DNA of 62,048 nucleotides, counting the filler, from Anaerolineae bacterium (GTDB lineage: Bacteria > Chloroflexota > Anaerolineae > Epilineales > Epilineaceae), in assembly GCA_029262755.1 (NCBI GenBank). It is 6 parts of 6 records of this genome, joined end to end, with 100 filler letters (N's around TTAATTAATTAA, not from the genome) between each part and the next. Parts side by side here need not be neighbours in the genome. Positions count along the whole stretch, not along the records: positions 10,164 to 23,222 come from JAJCYU010000297.1; positions 23,323 to 36,459 come from JAJCYU010000298.1; 4 more parts are not named here. One strand, 5' to 3'. Of the stretch, positions 21,117-30,499 are shown in pieces. The notes under the pieces were generated by a model, which ran no database searches, was not told the DNA's origin, and was given only the letters and a program-made list of their open reading frames with translations. The position numbers and the translations under genes are program-made. Position 1 is the first letter of the stretch; every line of letters begins with the position of its first letter.

Positions 21117-21878
21117 ATGGATGCTCAACTCGACCCGCCGCCATCCATGGAGGATGGAACCGCGCGACCGTCGCTACGGGCGTTGATTGGACAGATCCTG
21201 CGCCGGCCCAGCGCCGCGATGAAGGCGCTGGCCGCGGAGCCGGGGCGCCGCTGGGTATGGCCGCTCCTCGCGCTGACCCTGCTCTCCGTCGTGCTGATGT
21301 TGATCATCACACCGCGCCAATTTGCGGCGGCGATGGCCGGCGTCGATTTCTCCGGTCTTGAGGGCGCGGACGGGCCGGCCACGGACGTGGCAGGATTTGG
21401 GCAACGGGTGGCCGTCCTCTTCAGCGCCGTGGGCGCCGGGATGGGCGTGATTATCGGCACGGCGGCGGCGGCAGCCGTGTTGCACTTTGCAAGCACGATC
21501 ATGGGCGGGCAGCAGGGATTCATGACCGTGTTCACGACCACGGCCTGGGCGAAGGTGCCCTTGATACTTCGTGCGATCGTCCAGATTCTGTGGTTCGGCA
21601 CGCATCCGTCGGACTATGATGCACAGCTGTCGGGGCTGGCGGGATTGACGGTCTCGTCGCCGGGGGACCCGGACCCAAGCTGGTGGCAGCCGTTGTTGGC
21701 CCAGATCGAGATCTGGAATCTGTGGTATCTCGTGTTGCTGTGGCTGGGCGTGCGGGCGTTCGCGCGCGTCTCCGGGCGCAAGGCTACGATGGTCGTCGGG
21801 GCGTTGGTCCTGGTACGGATCGTCGTGGGCTTGGTCGGCGTCGGCGTTGCTGGTGCCGTCGCCGGATTCACAGGCTGA
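21117..21878 (+). CDS. YIP1-family membrane protein
   Basis: Five predicted TM segments. The motifs ILRRPSAAMKAL..WVWPLL, LHFASTIMGGQQGF, WAKVP and IEIWNLWYLVLLWLGV are typical of bacterial Yip1. ATG at 21117 follows GGAG. Confidence 0.75.
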   Translation: MDAQLDPPPSMEDGTARPSLRALIGQILRRPSAAMKALAAEPGRRWVWPLLALTLLSVVLMLIITPRQFAAAMAGVDFSGLEGADGPATDVAGFGQRVAVLFSAVGAGMGVIIGTAAAAAVLHFASTIMGGQQGFMTVFTTTAWAKVPLILRAIVQILWFGTHPSDYDAQLSGLAGLTVSSPGDPDPSWWQPLLAQIEIWNLWYLVLLWLGVRAFARVSGRKATMVVGALVLVRIVVGLVGVGVAGAVAGFTG

Positions 21879-21892
21879 GGCTGGAACTCGAC

Positions 21893-22681
21893 GTGATCGC
21901 CCCGGACGGTACGAACGGCAGCGCGCCGCTGATCGCCACGCGCCGGCTCTCCAAGCATTTTCGCCTCGGCGAGCAGGTCGTGCGTGCGCTGCGGGATGTT
22001 GACGTCGAGGTGCGGCGCGGCGAGTTTCTGCTGATCATGGGCCCCTCCGGCTCGGGCAAGAGCACGTTGCTTAACCTCATCGGCGGACTGGACCGGCCCT
22101 CCGAGGGCTCGATCGAGCTCGAGGGCGATGACATTGCGGTGCTGGACGAGATCGCGTTGGCGGCCTACCGGCGCACGCGCATCGGCTTTGTGTTCCAATC
22201 CTTCAACCTCATCCCAACCATGACCGCCAAGCAGAACGTGGAGTTCCCCATGCTCTTTGCGGGCCGACCCGTCGCGGACCGGCATGCGAGAGCGGAGCTG
22301 CTGCTGCGGCGCGTGGGGCTTGCCGATCGGGTCAGCCATCGTCCGCTCGAGCTCTCTGGCGGCGAGCAGCAGCGCGTGGCCATCGCCCGGGCCATGGCCA
22401 ACGAGCCCACGATCGTGCTGGGCGACGAGCCGACCGGCAACCTGGATACAACAACCGGCGAAGAGATCCTGGCCTTGCTCACCCAACTCAACGAAGAGGG
22501 CACGACGTTGTTGGTCGTGACCCACGACCCTCGCCTCGTGGGCTACGCGCATCGCGTGATCCACATGCAGGACGGCCGTGTCCTGCGCATCGAGCGTGGC
22601 GGCCGAGCGCCGGCCGACGCCGAGGACGCCCCGTCGGAGCCTCCGGCAGCCGTCCCGACTGAATCGGAGACTTCCGCGTGA
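21893..22681 (+). CDS. ABC transporter ATP-binding protein (LolD/MacB-type)
   Basis: Walker [11 protein letters not shown]-loop GFVFQSFNL, signature [14 protein letters not shown], Walker B/D-loop [10 protein letters not shown], and VTHD. Confidence 0.93.
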   Translation: MIAPDGTNGSAPLIATRRLSKHFRLGEQVVRALRDVDVEVRRGEFLLIMGPSGSGKSTLLNLIGGLDRPSEGSIELEGDDIAVLDEIALAAYRRTRIGFVFQSFNLIPTMTAKQNVEFPMLFAGRPVADRHARAELLLRRVGLADRVSHRPLELSGGEQQRVAIARAMANEPTIVLGDEPTGNLDTTTGEEILALLTQLNEEGTTLLVVTHDPRLVGYAHRVIHMQDGRVLRIERGGRAPADAEDAPSEPPAAVPTESETSA

Positions 22682-23222
22682 ACATTCATGGTCGTTCCAT
22701 CCTACCCGCAGCCGATCGGAGTGCGCCGCAACATCGCGATGTGTCGCCCGCTCGGTCTCGCGTGGTGCCGCACGATCGATCTCTCTTCCAACTTGATCGC
22801 CTGCGAGAGCGCAAGATGGAACGCTCGCCCAGGGACGCCGGCGCCATGAGGGCTCTGTGCATGCCCTTCGCGATCGCCGCCGCAGCATTCGTCGCGTTGT
22901 CCGTACCGGTTGCCGCGCGCGACCATGCGCCAGGCGCCTCGCAATCCCCCGCGATCGCGGTGATCGTGGATCACTCGAGCGCTCATGGCACGCGCAGCGG
23001 CGATCCTGCCGCCGCCCCCGCGCGGGCCGTGTTGGCGCCACCCATGCAACCGGTCCCGCCCACCGCGACGACCGCGTCGAGCCCGACGCCGACGCTCGCA
23101 CCGACCGAGACCCCTCGGCCCACCGCAACCCCGCCGCCATCGCCGACGGCCGTGCCGGCCACGGCGATTCCAACGACGGCCGTCCCGCCGACCGCAGCGC
23201 CTCCGACGCCGACCGCGCCGCC
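22678..23222 (+). CDS. Secreted Pro/Thr-rich protein, 3'-truncated; start uncertain (possibly 22816)
   Basis: Hydrophobic segment PFAIAAAAFVALSVPVAA followed by a PTATP-rich linker. The frame is open into the linker. Confidence 0.55.
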
Positions 23223-23322
23223 NNNNNNNNNNNNNNNNNNNNNNNNNNNNNNNNNNNNNNNNNNNNTTAATTAATTAANNNNNNNNNNNNNNNNNNNNNN
23301 NNNNNNNNNNNNNNNNNNNNNN
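23223..23322. other. Artificial contig linker
   Basis: N-run, TTAATTAATTAA, N-run. Confidence 0.99.
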
Positions 23323-23351
23323 AAAAAAGCGCCGCGGCTCTCGCCGCGACG
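23323..23351 (-). terminator. Intrinsic terminator
   Basis: Minus strand CGTCGCGGC-GAGA-GCCGCGGCG-C-TTTTTT: 9-bp stem with one G-U pair, GNRA loop, U6. Confidence 0.8.
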
Positions 23352-23452
23352 GAAACACGCACCGGTCTTCGATCCACTTCGAATCGCCTCGGGTTACGCG
23401 CTCCCCTTTCTCGGTTGTCCTGCGGGCCGTGCCCTCACCGGGACACGAGCGA
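23323..23452 (-). ncRNA. Putative ~130-nt structured RNA (attenuator/riboswitch-like leader or sRNA); family unassigned
   Basis: Lies between a near-consensus promoter and a terminator. Contains hairpins CGTGTCC-CGGTGA-GGGCACG and TTCGA-AGTGGA-TCGAA. No convincing ORF. Confidence 0.5.
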
Positions 23453-23457
23453 GGCGT

Positions 23458-23486
23458 AGTCTACCAAGCTTCCACGTCTCTGTCAA
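23458..23486 (-). promoter_or_regulatory. Sigma70/SigA-type promoter
   Basis: TTGACA (23486-23481), 17-nt spacer ending in TGG (extended -10), TAGACT (23463-23458). Confidence 0.8.
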
Positions 23487-23501
23487 GGGTTTCTTTAGAA
23501 T

Positions 23502-24320
23502 CTATTCATCTCCGGCCAGTCGCTCCCTCAAAACCCCGGAGATGAGCCCAATCACGGGGGCCAGGAAGAATACAGCAAGGCCTACGAATCCCACCCATGC
23601 GGCCGGGCTGGCTGCCGCCGCCGGTCGGATGGCAGCGATGTACGTCTCGCCCCGAACTCCGCCGTCCAGCAACCCGACGCGGAGCGCACCGGAAGCCAAA
23701 GCGCCGCCGGCCGCAACGACCAACCCCACGAGCGCTAGCCCGAGAATGCGTCTCGAGGTCGCCCGGACCCATCCTCCGTCCGAGCCGTCTTCATCACTCC
23801 AGCCTGGCTCGGGCCGCGCCCGCTGCACGTACTGGCCGATGAACCAACGCAGCACCACCGTGATCGCGACCGGGGCTAGCAGCCCCCCCGTGATGAGTGC
23901 CGCGGTCGGGACACCCGGCAATACGGGCGCGCCCATCAGGTGCTGCGCGCCGAGGGCCAAGGCCGCGAACGATGCCAGGTACAGCAATCCAAAGATGGCC
24001 ACCACCACAGCGCCGGCCAGCGTCGAGAGCGCCCAGAATCGCGCCGATCCGACCATGTGGCGCAACGACCAACGCCGGTACCCAAGATCCACCATCGAGT
24101 AGAGAGCGACACCACGGGCGTAGCTTTCCGGCGGCCCAAGGCGGTCAAGGGTGTCGAGCAAGGCCCCGACCTCTGCCTCCCCGCGCGCCGACATGGCGTC
24201 TTCGATATGCGCTTCAATCTCCCACACGACCTCGTCCGTGACATCGTTCGTGACGCCGCGCAGAGCAAAGCGAAGCCGGGCTAGATAGTCGTCGCGTATG
24301 CGCTGCAACTCGCTGCTCAT
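23502..24320 (-). CDS. HAAS/DUF1700-like membrane protein
   Basis: N-terminal YLARLRFAL...EIEAHIEDA...LDRLGPPESYA, followed by several TM helices. Its start overlaps the padR stop (ATGA). Confidence 0.8.
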   Translation of the reverse strand: MSSELQRIRDDYLARLRFALRGVTNDVTDEVVWEIEAHIEDAMSARGEAEVGALLDTLDRLGPPESYARGVALYSMVDLGYRRWSLRHMVGSARFWALSTLAGAVVVAIFGLLYLASFAALALGAQHLMGAPVLPGVPTAALITGGLLAPVAITVVLRWFIGQYVQRARPEPGWSDEDGSDGGWVRATSRRILGLALVGLVVAAGGALASGALRVGLLDGGVRGETYIAAIRPAAAASPAAWVGFVGLAVFFLAPVIGLISGVLRERLAGDE

Positions 24321-24655
24321 CGGTCACCAACCAGGATTCGTTCCACGTCATCGGCGAAGCCCTGCCACTGCCGCCTCATCGTGATCAGTCGTCGCTCGCC
24401 CTCATCCGTAAGCCGGTAGTATTTTCGCTTCGGTCCCTGCGGAGATGGCTGCCACTCGGCATCGACGAGCCCCTCATTGCGGAGTCGGTTGAGCAATGGG
24501 TAGATCGTGCCTTCCTTGATGACGAGCCCCTCGGCGCCGGAGAGGGCCTGTACGATGTCGTACCCATAGCGCGTGCCTCGAGAGAGGATCGCCAAGATGC
24601 ACAGCTCGAGCGAGCCGCGTCGCATCTGTGCCATCCACTTCCCGTCGCCCGCCAT
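24317..24655 (-). CDS. PadR-family transcriptional regulator
   Basis: QMRRGSLELCILAIL, YGYDI, EGTIYPLLNRL and GPKRKYYRLTDEG. Start placed at MAGDG. Confidence 0.93.
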   Translation of the reverse strand: MAGDGKWMAQMRRGSLELCILAILSRGTRYGYDIVQALSGAEGLVIKEGTIYPLLNRLRNEGLVDAEWQPSPQGPKRKYYRLTDEGERRLITMRRQWQGFADDVERILVGDR

Positions 24656-24900
24656 GCCCACTCCCGGGTGCGATCTCCAACAACGAGCCGTCGCCCGCCG
24701 CGCTAGGTGCCGGAGAACGGTGCCTTCTCTCCTCCGGCCGGCGGAGCAAGTACCCCGCTGTCGCCGATTATAGTCGGCTGATCTTGGATGACGGCTTGCC
24801 TGCGGTCCCGATCCAGTGGTTCCGGTGGACCGAGGCAGGGTTGCGCGGCATGGTCCGGCACCGGACCCTAGCCAATTTCCATACGCGCAGGAGTGCTCCC

Positions 24901-26544
24901 ATGTCCCTCGCCCCCGTCGATGCACCCGATCTGCACGGGCAGCGGTTTCCGTCCCGCCGTAGCGCTGTCCTCGGCACGCGAGGCATGGTCGCTACGAGCC
25001 AGCCCCTTGCCGCGCAGGCAGGTCTGGCCGCCCTCCATGCCGGCGGCAACGCCGTCGACGCTGCGGTGACCGCCGCCGCCGCGCTCTCCGTCGTGGAACC
25101 GACGGGCTGCGGCCTCGGCGGCGATTGTTTTGCACTTATCTATCACGCGACCACCGGTGGTGTCAGTGCTTTCGACGGCAGCGGGGCCTCGCCGCGGGCG
25201 TTGACCCGCGAAGAATGGCTGGCGGCCGGCGATGGCGCGGTCCCTCGTCGCGGGGCCCCGAGCGTTACCGTCCCCGGCGCGGTGGAGGCGTGGCATCGGC
25301 TGCTGAGCGCGTTCGGCTCACGTTCGCTGTCCGATGCGCTAGAGCCTGCCGTCCGCCTAGCCGAGGACGGCTATCCCGTCAGCGAGCTCGTTGCCTCTGC
25401 GTGGCAGCGTAGCGAAGGATTGTTGTCCGGCCACGACGGCGCACGGCGTCATTGGTTGTTGGAGGGCCGCGCCCCACGTGCGGGCGAGCGTTTCCGGGCG
25501 CCGGCCCTCGCCGAAACGATGCGGACGATCGCAGAGGATGGGGCACGCGCTCTCTACGAAGGTCCGATAGCCGAAGACATTGTTGCCACGTGCCGGAAGG
25601 CCGGGGGAGCGCTCTCAGCGGAGGACCTTGCGACCCACCGCGGTCGTTGGGTAGCGCCGATTTTCGTGGACTTCGGCGCGCTCCGCGTGTGGCAATGTCC
25701 ACCACCGGGCCAAGGCCTCGCGACGCTCCTCGCGCTCGGCATCATCGACGCCATGCCGCGCCAGGAAGCCGCGTCGTTCGGCACGACCGGCCACCTTCAT
25801 ACGGTTGTCGAAGCACTTCGGCTCGCCTTTGCCGACGCGGAGGCCCACGTCGCGGATCCGGATCACGCGCCTGCGCCACTCGATCAGCTGCTCGACCGCG
25901 CGTACCTCGCAGAGCGCGCCGGCATGATTCGCGGCGACCGCGCGCTCGCCGTGCCTACGACCGGAATTCCGGGCCCCGGCGGAACCGTATACGTCGCGTC
26001 CGTCGATGAAGACGGCAACGGATGCTCGTTGATCTTCTCCAACTATATGGGCTTTGGCAGCGGTATCGTGGCGGAGCGGAGTGCGGTGCCGCTCCAAAAT
26101 CGCGGCGCCGGCTTTCACGCCAGCGCATCCCATCCGAATGCCTACGCTCCGGGCAAGCGCCCCTTTCATACGATCATTCCCGGCCTATCCACGCGCCGCG
26201 ATGGCGGCGATTTGCACGCTGTGTTCGGTGTCATGGGTGGTCATATGCAGCCGCAGGGTCAGCTGCAGTTGATGATGAACCTGGATCACTTCGGGATGGA
26301 TCCCCAACGCGCCTTGGATGCGCCGAGAATACAGATCACGCCCCAAGGTAGCCTCGCGTTGGAACCGGCATTGGGGCAACGGGCAATTGAGGAGTTGCGC
26401 GCCTTGGGTCATGACGTTGTTTCGGCGACTATGGTGCCGAAAGCAGGTAGTTTCGGAGGCGGACAGTTAATCGCCGTCGACGCTCATGGCGTGCGCATAG
26501 GTGGCAGCGACCCGCGCAAGGATGGTCTTATCGCCGCGCAATGA
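24901..26544 (+). CDS. ggt: Gamma-glutamyltransferase family protein
   Basis: GMVATSQPLA, GGNAVDAAV, GLGGD, catalytic Thr in GGTVY, LQNRG, KRPFHTIIP, GVMGGHMQPQG and GGSDPRKDG. Confidence 0.93.
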   Translation: MSLAPVDAPDLHGQRFPSRRSAVLGTRGMVATSQPLAAQAGLAALHAGGNAVDAAVTAAAALSVVEPTGCGLGGDCFALIYHATTGGVSAFDGSGASPRALTREEWLAAGDGAVPRRGAPSVTVPGAVEAWHRLLSAFGSRSLSDALEPAVRLAEDGYPVSELVASAWQRSEGLLSGHDGARRHWLLEGRAPRAGERFRAPALAETMRTIAEDGARALYEGPIAEDIVATCRKAGGALSAEDLATHRGRWVAPIFVDFGALRVWQCPPPGQGLATLLALGIIDAMPRQEAASFGTTGHLHTVVEALRLAFADAEAHVADPDHAPAPLDQLLDRAYLAERAGMIRGDRALAVPTTGIPGPGGTVYVASVDEDGNGCSLIFSNYMGFGSGIVAERSAVPLQNRGAGFHASASHPNAYAPGKRPFHTIIPGLSTRRDGGDLHAVFGVMGGHMQPQGQLQLMMNLDHFGMDPQRALDAPRIQITPQGSLALEPALGQRAIEELRALGHDVVSATMVPKAGSFGGGQLIAVDAHGVRIGGSDPRKDGLIAAQ

Positions 26545-26816
26545 AGGGTGCGCATCGCGAACGCGGTCTTGTAACAAAACGTGTGGGCGCGCTCTATATG
26601 TACACCTTGCATTTACCTTGCACCGATTGCATCGTTGCATTCAACGATATATCCTCTGCATCGTTGTTCGCGACCCTGCACAAGCGCGAATCGGTCGTGC
26701 ATACCGCTCGATATTTCAATCATTGAAGCGTTCAACATTGGTTCCCATACGAAATCCGGATTCCGAAGCACGGATCGCGGGTTTCGCACGCGTTGCACGA
26801 AAGAAGGAGTTGTACG

Positions 26817-27065
26817 ATGGCGATTCAGAAGATGACCAAAGCAGAGTTGGGCCGGTACCGATCCACCGGGGGCTATTCGCCTTACGTGTCCGTCCTACGC
26901 GACCTCAAGGTCGGCGAAGGCGGTCGCGCAACGATCGCGCAAGAGAAATGCACGAAGCAAACGATCAAGAACCGTCTGAACAAGAGTGCCGAGTCGCTGG
27001 GTCTGAAGATTAAGTACCGCCGCTCGACGGCGGAAGACGTGGTCTTCGAGATCGTCGGCCGCTAG
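26817..27065 (+). CDS. Small basic protein (82 aa), probable DNA-binding protein
   Basis: Strong RBS AAGAAGGAG and high-GC codon usage. The sequence MAIQKMTKAELGRY...TIKNRLNKSAESLGLKIKYRRSTAEDVVFEIVGR is K/R-rich. Confidence 0.75.
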   Translation: MAIQKMTKAELGRYRSTGGYSPYVSVLRDLKVGEGGRATIAQEKCTKQTIKNRLNKSAESLGLKIKYRRSTAEDVVFEIVGR

Positions 27066-27360
27066 GCGCTGGTTTGCCGGTGGTCTTCCGGGGACGTTGG
27101 AGGCCATTCCGGGGAAGCGAAGTCTTGAACGGACTTCGACACTGTCAACAACCGCTCGAGCGCAATGCTCGGGCGGTTGTTTTTCTTGGCGCAATTCGGC
27201 GAGAGGGTAGGCGGCACCTCGCACCGACGAAGCTACTCTGCCCTTCCCACGCTTCGGATGCCATGCCACAATCCGGGCCGGTCGCCCTGGACCGGTCGAC
27301 ACCCAGCGCTTCCATCGTCGTGTTGCCCTCTACCTCCCTCACCGACCGAGGAGTCGTTCG

Positions 27361-29565
27361 ATGTCGCCAACCGAAGCCGTCCCTCCCCACCGTGATGGTG
27401 AGAGCTCGACCGGGAATAATCTCCCCAGTTCGGAAGTCGCGGCATCCGCCGTGCCGGACCACTGTTCCTCAGCAGTCGCGCTGCTATTCCTTCGTCTCGG
27501 CGAACCAACACGACGGCGCTGCAACTCCCTTGGTCGGCGACACCATTTCCGGTCGAGCCCTGAGCCCGTGCTACCGTCGGTCCAGCGTTCCGGGGCGCGC
27601 CTCGTTGGCGCCCTCGTGCTGGCGGGCCTTGCGAGCATGGCTGTCTTGCCTCACGGCAGCTCGTCGCATGAAGCCGCGGCTGCCGCTCCCGAGCCGGTGA
27701 GTGGATGGACTCACGTGCTCGCGCAGACCGCAGCCGTTGGTCCTCAACTCAACGCGAGTTCCGAAGCAATGCCCGGCGCGTCATCCGCCATCGCGGCCTA
27801 CGAGGCCTGGCGCGCGGAGGAAGCAACTGCGTCACGTCCGACCGGCGTGAAGGATGAGCCGTGGGACACCATCGATGCCTGCGTGCTTGACGAGATGCAG
27901 GCCTTGGGAACGACGGGGGCTTCCATTGCCGTGCTACGGCAGGGCGAGCTTGCCTACACAATGGGCTACGGATTGAAGCGCGCAGACGGGGACGAGCCAC
28001 CGGATGCAGAAACCCTGTTTCGCATCGGCTCCACCACGAAGATGATGACCGCGGCGGCGCTCCTCCAGCAGGTTGAGGCAGGCAAAGTCGACCTCGACGC
28101 ACCCGTCACCGACCTGCTGCCGAACGTTGCGATTGCCGGCGCATGGGACGAGTCGAACATAGATGCTTCCGACATCACAGGCCGACACCTCTTGACGCAT
28201 ACGGGTGCTTTTCTGGACAACCTGATCGCCGCCGCCACGCTGGAGGCCATGCAGGGCCCAACCGGACCGCTGGCGTTAGCGACGTGGACCGATTCCTTGG
28301 CCGATCACACGCTCCACGCGCCTCCAGGCGAATTCTGGAACTACTCGAACCCGAATTTCAGCCTTGCAGGACGCATGGTTGAGGTCGCAACGGGCAGGCT
28401 GTTCAGCGACGTAATCGTCGACGACGTATGGCGACCGGCAGGTATGACGCTCAGCACGATGGTGCCGGCAGATGCGATAGCCCACGGCAATTACAGCCAC
28501 GGTCACGGCATCGTCAGCGCCATGACCGGCGCCGTCGTTCCACCCGTCGCACCGGACGGCTACGAGCACTTGCCGCTAGGACCCGCGGGCATGGCTTTTT
28601 CAACGCCTACGGAAATGGTGCGCTGGGCCAAGCTACTCATGAGCGGTGGCGGCGATGTGCTAAGCCGGGAATCCGTGGACGCCATGCAGGGAGAACAGGT
28701 CGGCCTTGGAGTCATCCCGGGCCAATGGTACGGCTTCGGCGTGTTCGTCGAGGACGTGCGCGGCATCCGTGTTTACGAACATGGCGGCAACGTTCCCGGC
28801 TGGAGCTCCCAACTATATTGGATTCCCGAGCAGGAGTTTGCCGTCAGCATCTTGGCCAACGGCTTCGACTCGCTAAGCCGTTCCGCGGGATGCACGATCG
28901 TCAATGTCATCGAGGACCTGGAGCCGCCGACGAACCGCGACTGGAGCACGGCGCCCGCAACGTGGGACCGTTATGCAGGCGACTACAGAGGGCTTGTGCG
29001 CAACGGTGTTGAGCTTGCGGCCCGTGTCGACCGAGTCACGGATACGCTGCGTATCGTCCTCATCGACGGCCTCGGTCCGGGCAGGAACTACACGACCACG
29101 CTCCAGCAGGCGGCCCTCGACACCTTCCTTATCGACCTAAACAGTGACGGCCAACCGGATACGGATCTGAGCTTCATCGATCATCCGCAGCGCGAAGGCG
29201 AGATTCGTTGGCTGCGTAACCGCGCCTTCGTCCTAGCGCGCCGCTCCGCGCCCGCGCCGACACCTTCCGCCACGACGCCGCCACCGGCGCCCACGAGCAC
29301 GATTGCCGCGCCGGCTGCCAGCGCGACGCCCGCGCTCGTCATCCAACCGGAGGCCTGCCCCCAGGTGGAGGCGCGCGTACCGGCGCCGGCGCTGGCCTCG
29401 GCGCTCGCCAACCCGCGCGCCGTGCGCGGCTACGGGGATCGCTGCTTCCCGTCCCAACCCGCCAGCCCATTCAACCCCCTGCGCGACCGCCTCAGCCTGC
29501 AGAATCCGAATCGGCCCTACCATCCGATCTACAACGTTCTGATCTTCGCCTGTGGCTGCCGCTAG
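27361..29565 (+). CDS. Secreted serine hydrolase (class C beta-lactamase/S12 family) with PT linker and Cys-rich C-terminal domain; true start probably near 27568
   Basis: SxxK (IGSTTK), LLTHT, YxN (WNYSN) and HGG motifs. Hydrophobic leader RLVGALVLAGLASMAVL. Ends LIFACGCR. Confidence 0.88.
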   Translation: MSPTEAVPPHRDGESSTGNNLPSSEVAASAVPDHCSSAVALLFLRLGEPTRRRCNSLGRRHHFRSSPEPVLPSVQRSGARLVGALVLAGLASMAVLPHGSSSHEAAAAAPEPVSGWTHVLAQTAAVGPQLNASSEAMPGASSAIAAYEAWRAEEATASRPTGVKDEPWDTIDACVLDEMQALGTTGASIAVLRQGELAYTMGYGLKRADGDEPPDAETLFRIGSTTKMMTAAALLQQVEAGKVDLDAPVTDLLPNVAIAGAWDESNIDASDITGRHLLTHTGAFLDNLIAAATLEAMQGPTGPLALATWTDSLADHTLHAPPGEFWNYSNPNFSLAGRMVEVATGRLFSDVIVDDVWRPAGMTLSTMVPADAIAHGNYSHGHGIVSAMTGAVVPPVAPDGYEHLPLGPAGMAFSTPTEMVRWAKLLMSGGGDVLSRESVDAMQGEQVGLGVIPGQWYGFGVFVEDVRGIRVYEHGGNVPGWSSQLYWIPEQEFAVSILANGFDSLSRSAGCTIVNVIEDLEPPTNRDWSTAPATWDRYAGDYRGLVRNGVELAARVDRVTDTLRIVLIDGLGPGRNYTTTLQQAALDTFLIDLNSDGQPDTDLSFIDHPQREGEIRWLRNRAFVLARRSAPAPTPSATTPPPAPTSTIAAPAASATPALVIQPEACPQVEARVPAPALASALANPRAVRGYGDRCFPSQPASPFNPLRDRLSLQNPNRPYHPIYNVLIFACGCR

Positions 29566-29595
29566 CGCGCGCGGGTCGGGGTGGGAGCGTACGGT

Positions 29596-30462
29596 ATGCG
29601 CGACTTGACGCGGCCCGCCAACGTTCGCTCCGCCTCGAGTGTCGTGGCGCCGCCCGTCGTTCAACCTCTTCCGGGATTGCCCGACGTGCCGGGATTCTCC
29701 CACGGCCTTTCGTCGCGCATCGGCGGCGTCAGTGCGCCGCCCTTCGACCAGCTCAACCTGGGCCTGCATGTCGGCGACGACCCGGCGGCGGTAGTCGAGA
29801 ATCGGCGTCGCCTTGCGTTGGCGCTCGGCATCCGGCTGGACGATGTCGTCGTGGCGGAACAGGTCCACGGCAGCGACGTCGCGCGGGTCGGGCACGCACA
29901 GCGCGGTTCTGGCGCGACGGACACCGCGTCGGCCATTCGGGGCGCCGACGCGTTGATCACGGATGCCGCCGACGTAGCTCTATTGGTTCAGGTTGCCGAC
30001 TGCGCGCCCGTCCTGCTAGTCGATCCGGTGCGGCGCGCCCTCGGCGTGGCGCACGCAGGCTGGCGCGGCGCGTTGGGCGGCGTCGCGGCCAACGCGGCAC
30101 GCGCCATGATCGACCAGCTCGGCTGCCGGCCGGAGGACATTTGGGTTGGGGTTGGACCGCACATCGGTCTCGACCAGTTTGAGGTCGGCGAAGCGGTGGT
30201 CTCCGCGGTCGCGGAGCGGGAGGGAATCGGATCCGAGAGGCGCGATGCGATCCAGCGCTGGCTTCGTCCGAAGGGCGAGCGCTGGCACCTGGACCTCGGT
30301 GCGGTGCTACGCGACCAACTGCGGGCCGTCGGCGTCACTGACAGCCGCATCACGATCGACCCACGATCGACCATGGCCGAACCGGAGACCTGGTACTCCT
30401 ACCGTGCTTCGAGCCGTACCGGCCGCTTCGGCGTGCTCGCCTGCTGGCGCGACGAATCATGA
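29596..30462 (+). CDS. pgeF: PgeF/YfiH-family purine nucleoside phosphorylase (polyphenol-oxidase-like)
   Basis: GGVS..PFDQLNLGLHVGDD, EQVHG, ADALIT, ADCAPVLL, AHAGWRG and SYR. Confidence 0.9.
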   Translation: MRDLTRPANVRSASSVVAPPVVQPLPGLPDVPGFSHGLSSRIGGVSAPPFDQLNLGLHVGDDPAAVVENRRRLALALGIRLDDVVVAEQVHGSDVARVGHAQRGSGATDTASAIRGADALITDAADVALLVQVADCAPVLLVDPVRRALGVAHAGWRGALGGVAANAARAMIDQLGCRPEDIWVGVGPHIGLDQFEVGEAVVSAVAEREGIGSERRDAIQRWLRPKGERWHLDLGAVLRDQLRAVGVTDSRITIDPRSTMAEPETWYSYRASSRTGRFGVLACWRDES

Positions 30463-30499
30463 CCGCTGATGCGCACGATCGGCCCTATGGCGGTGGACG

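Noticed and set aside
23352..23452. Assignment as a lysine, SAM-I, ZTP, T-box or PyrR element
   Set aside because: Only short fragments resemble each. The defining cores (AGAGG..CGCCGA multi-stem, AUC/GAU P1 with GCAACC, CGCCUGGGC, GGUGGNACC, upstream CUUUAA) are absent.
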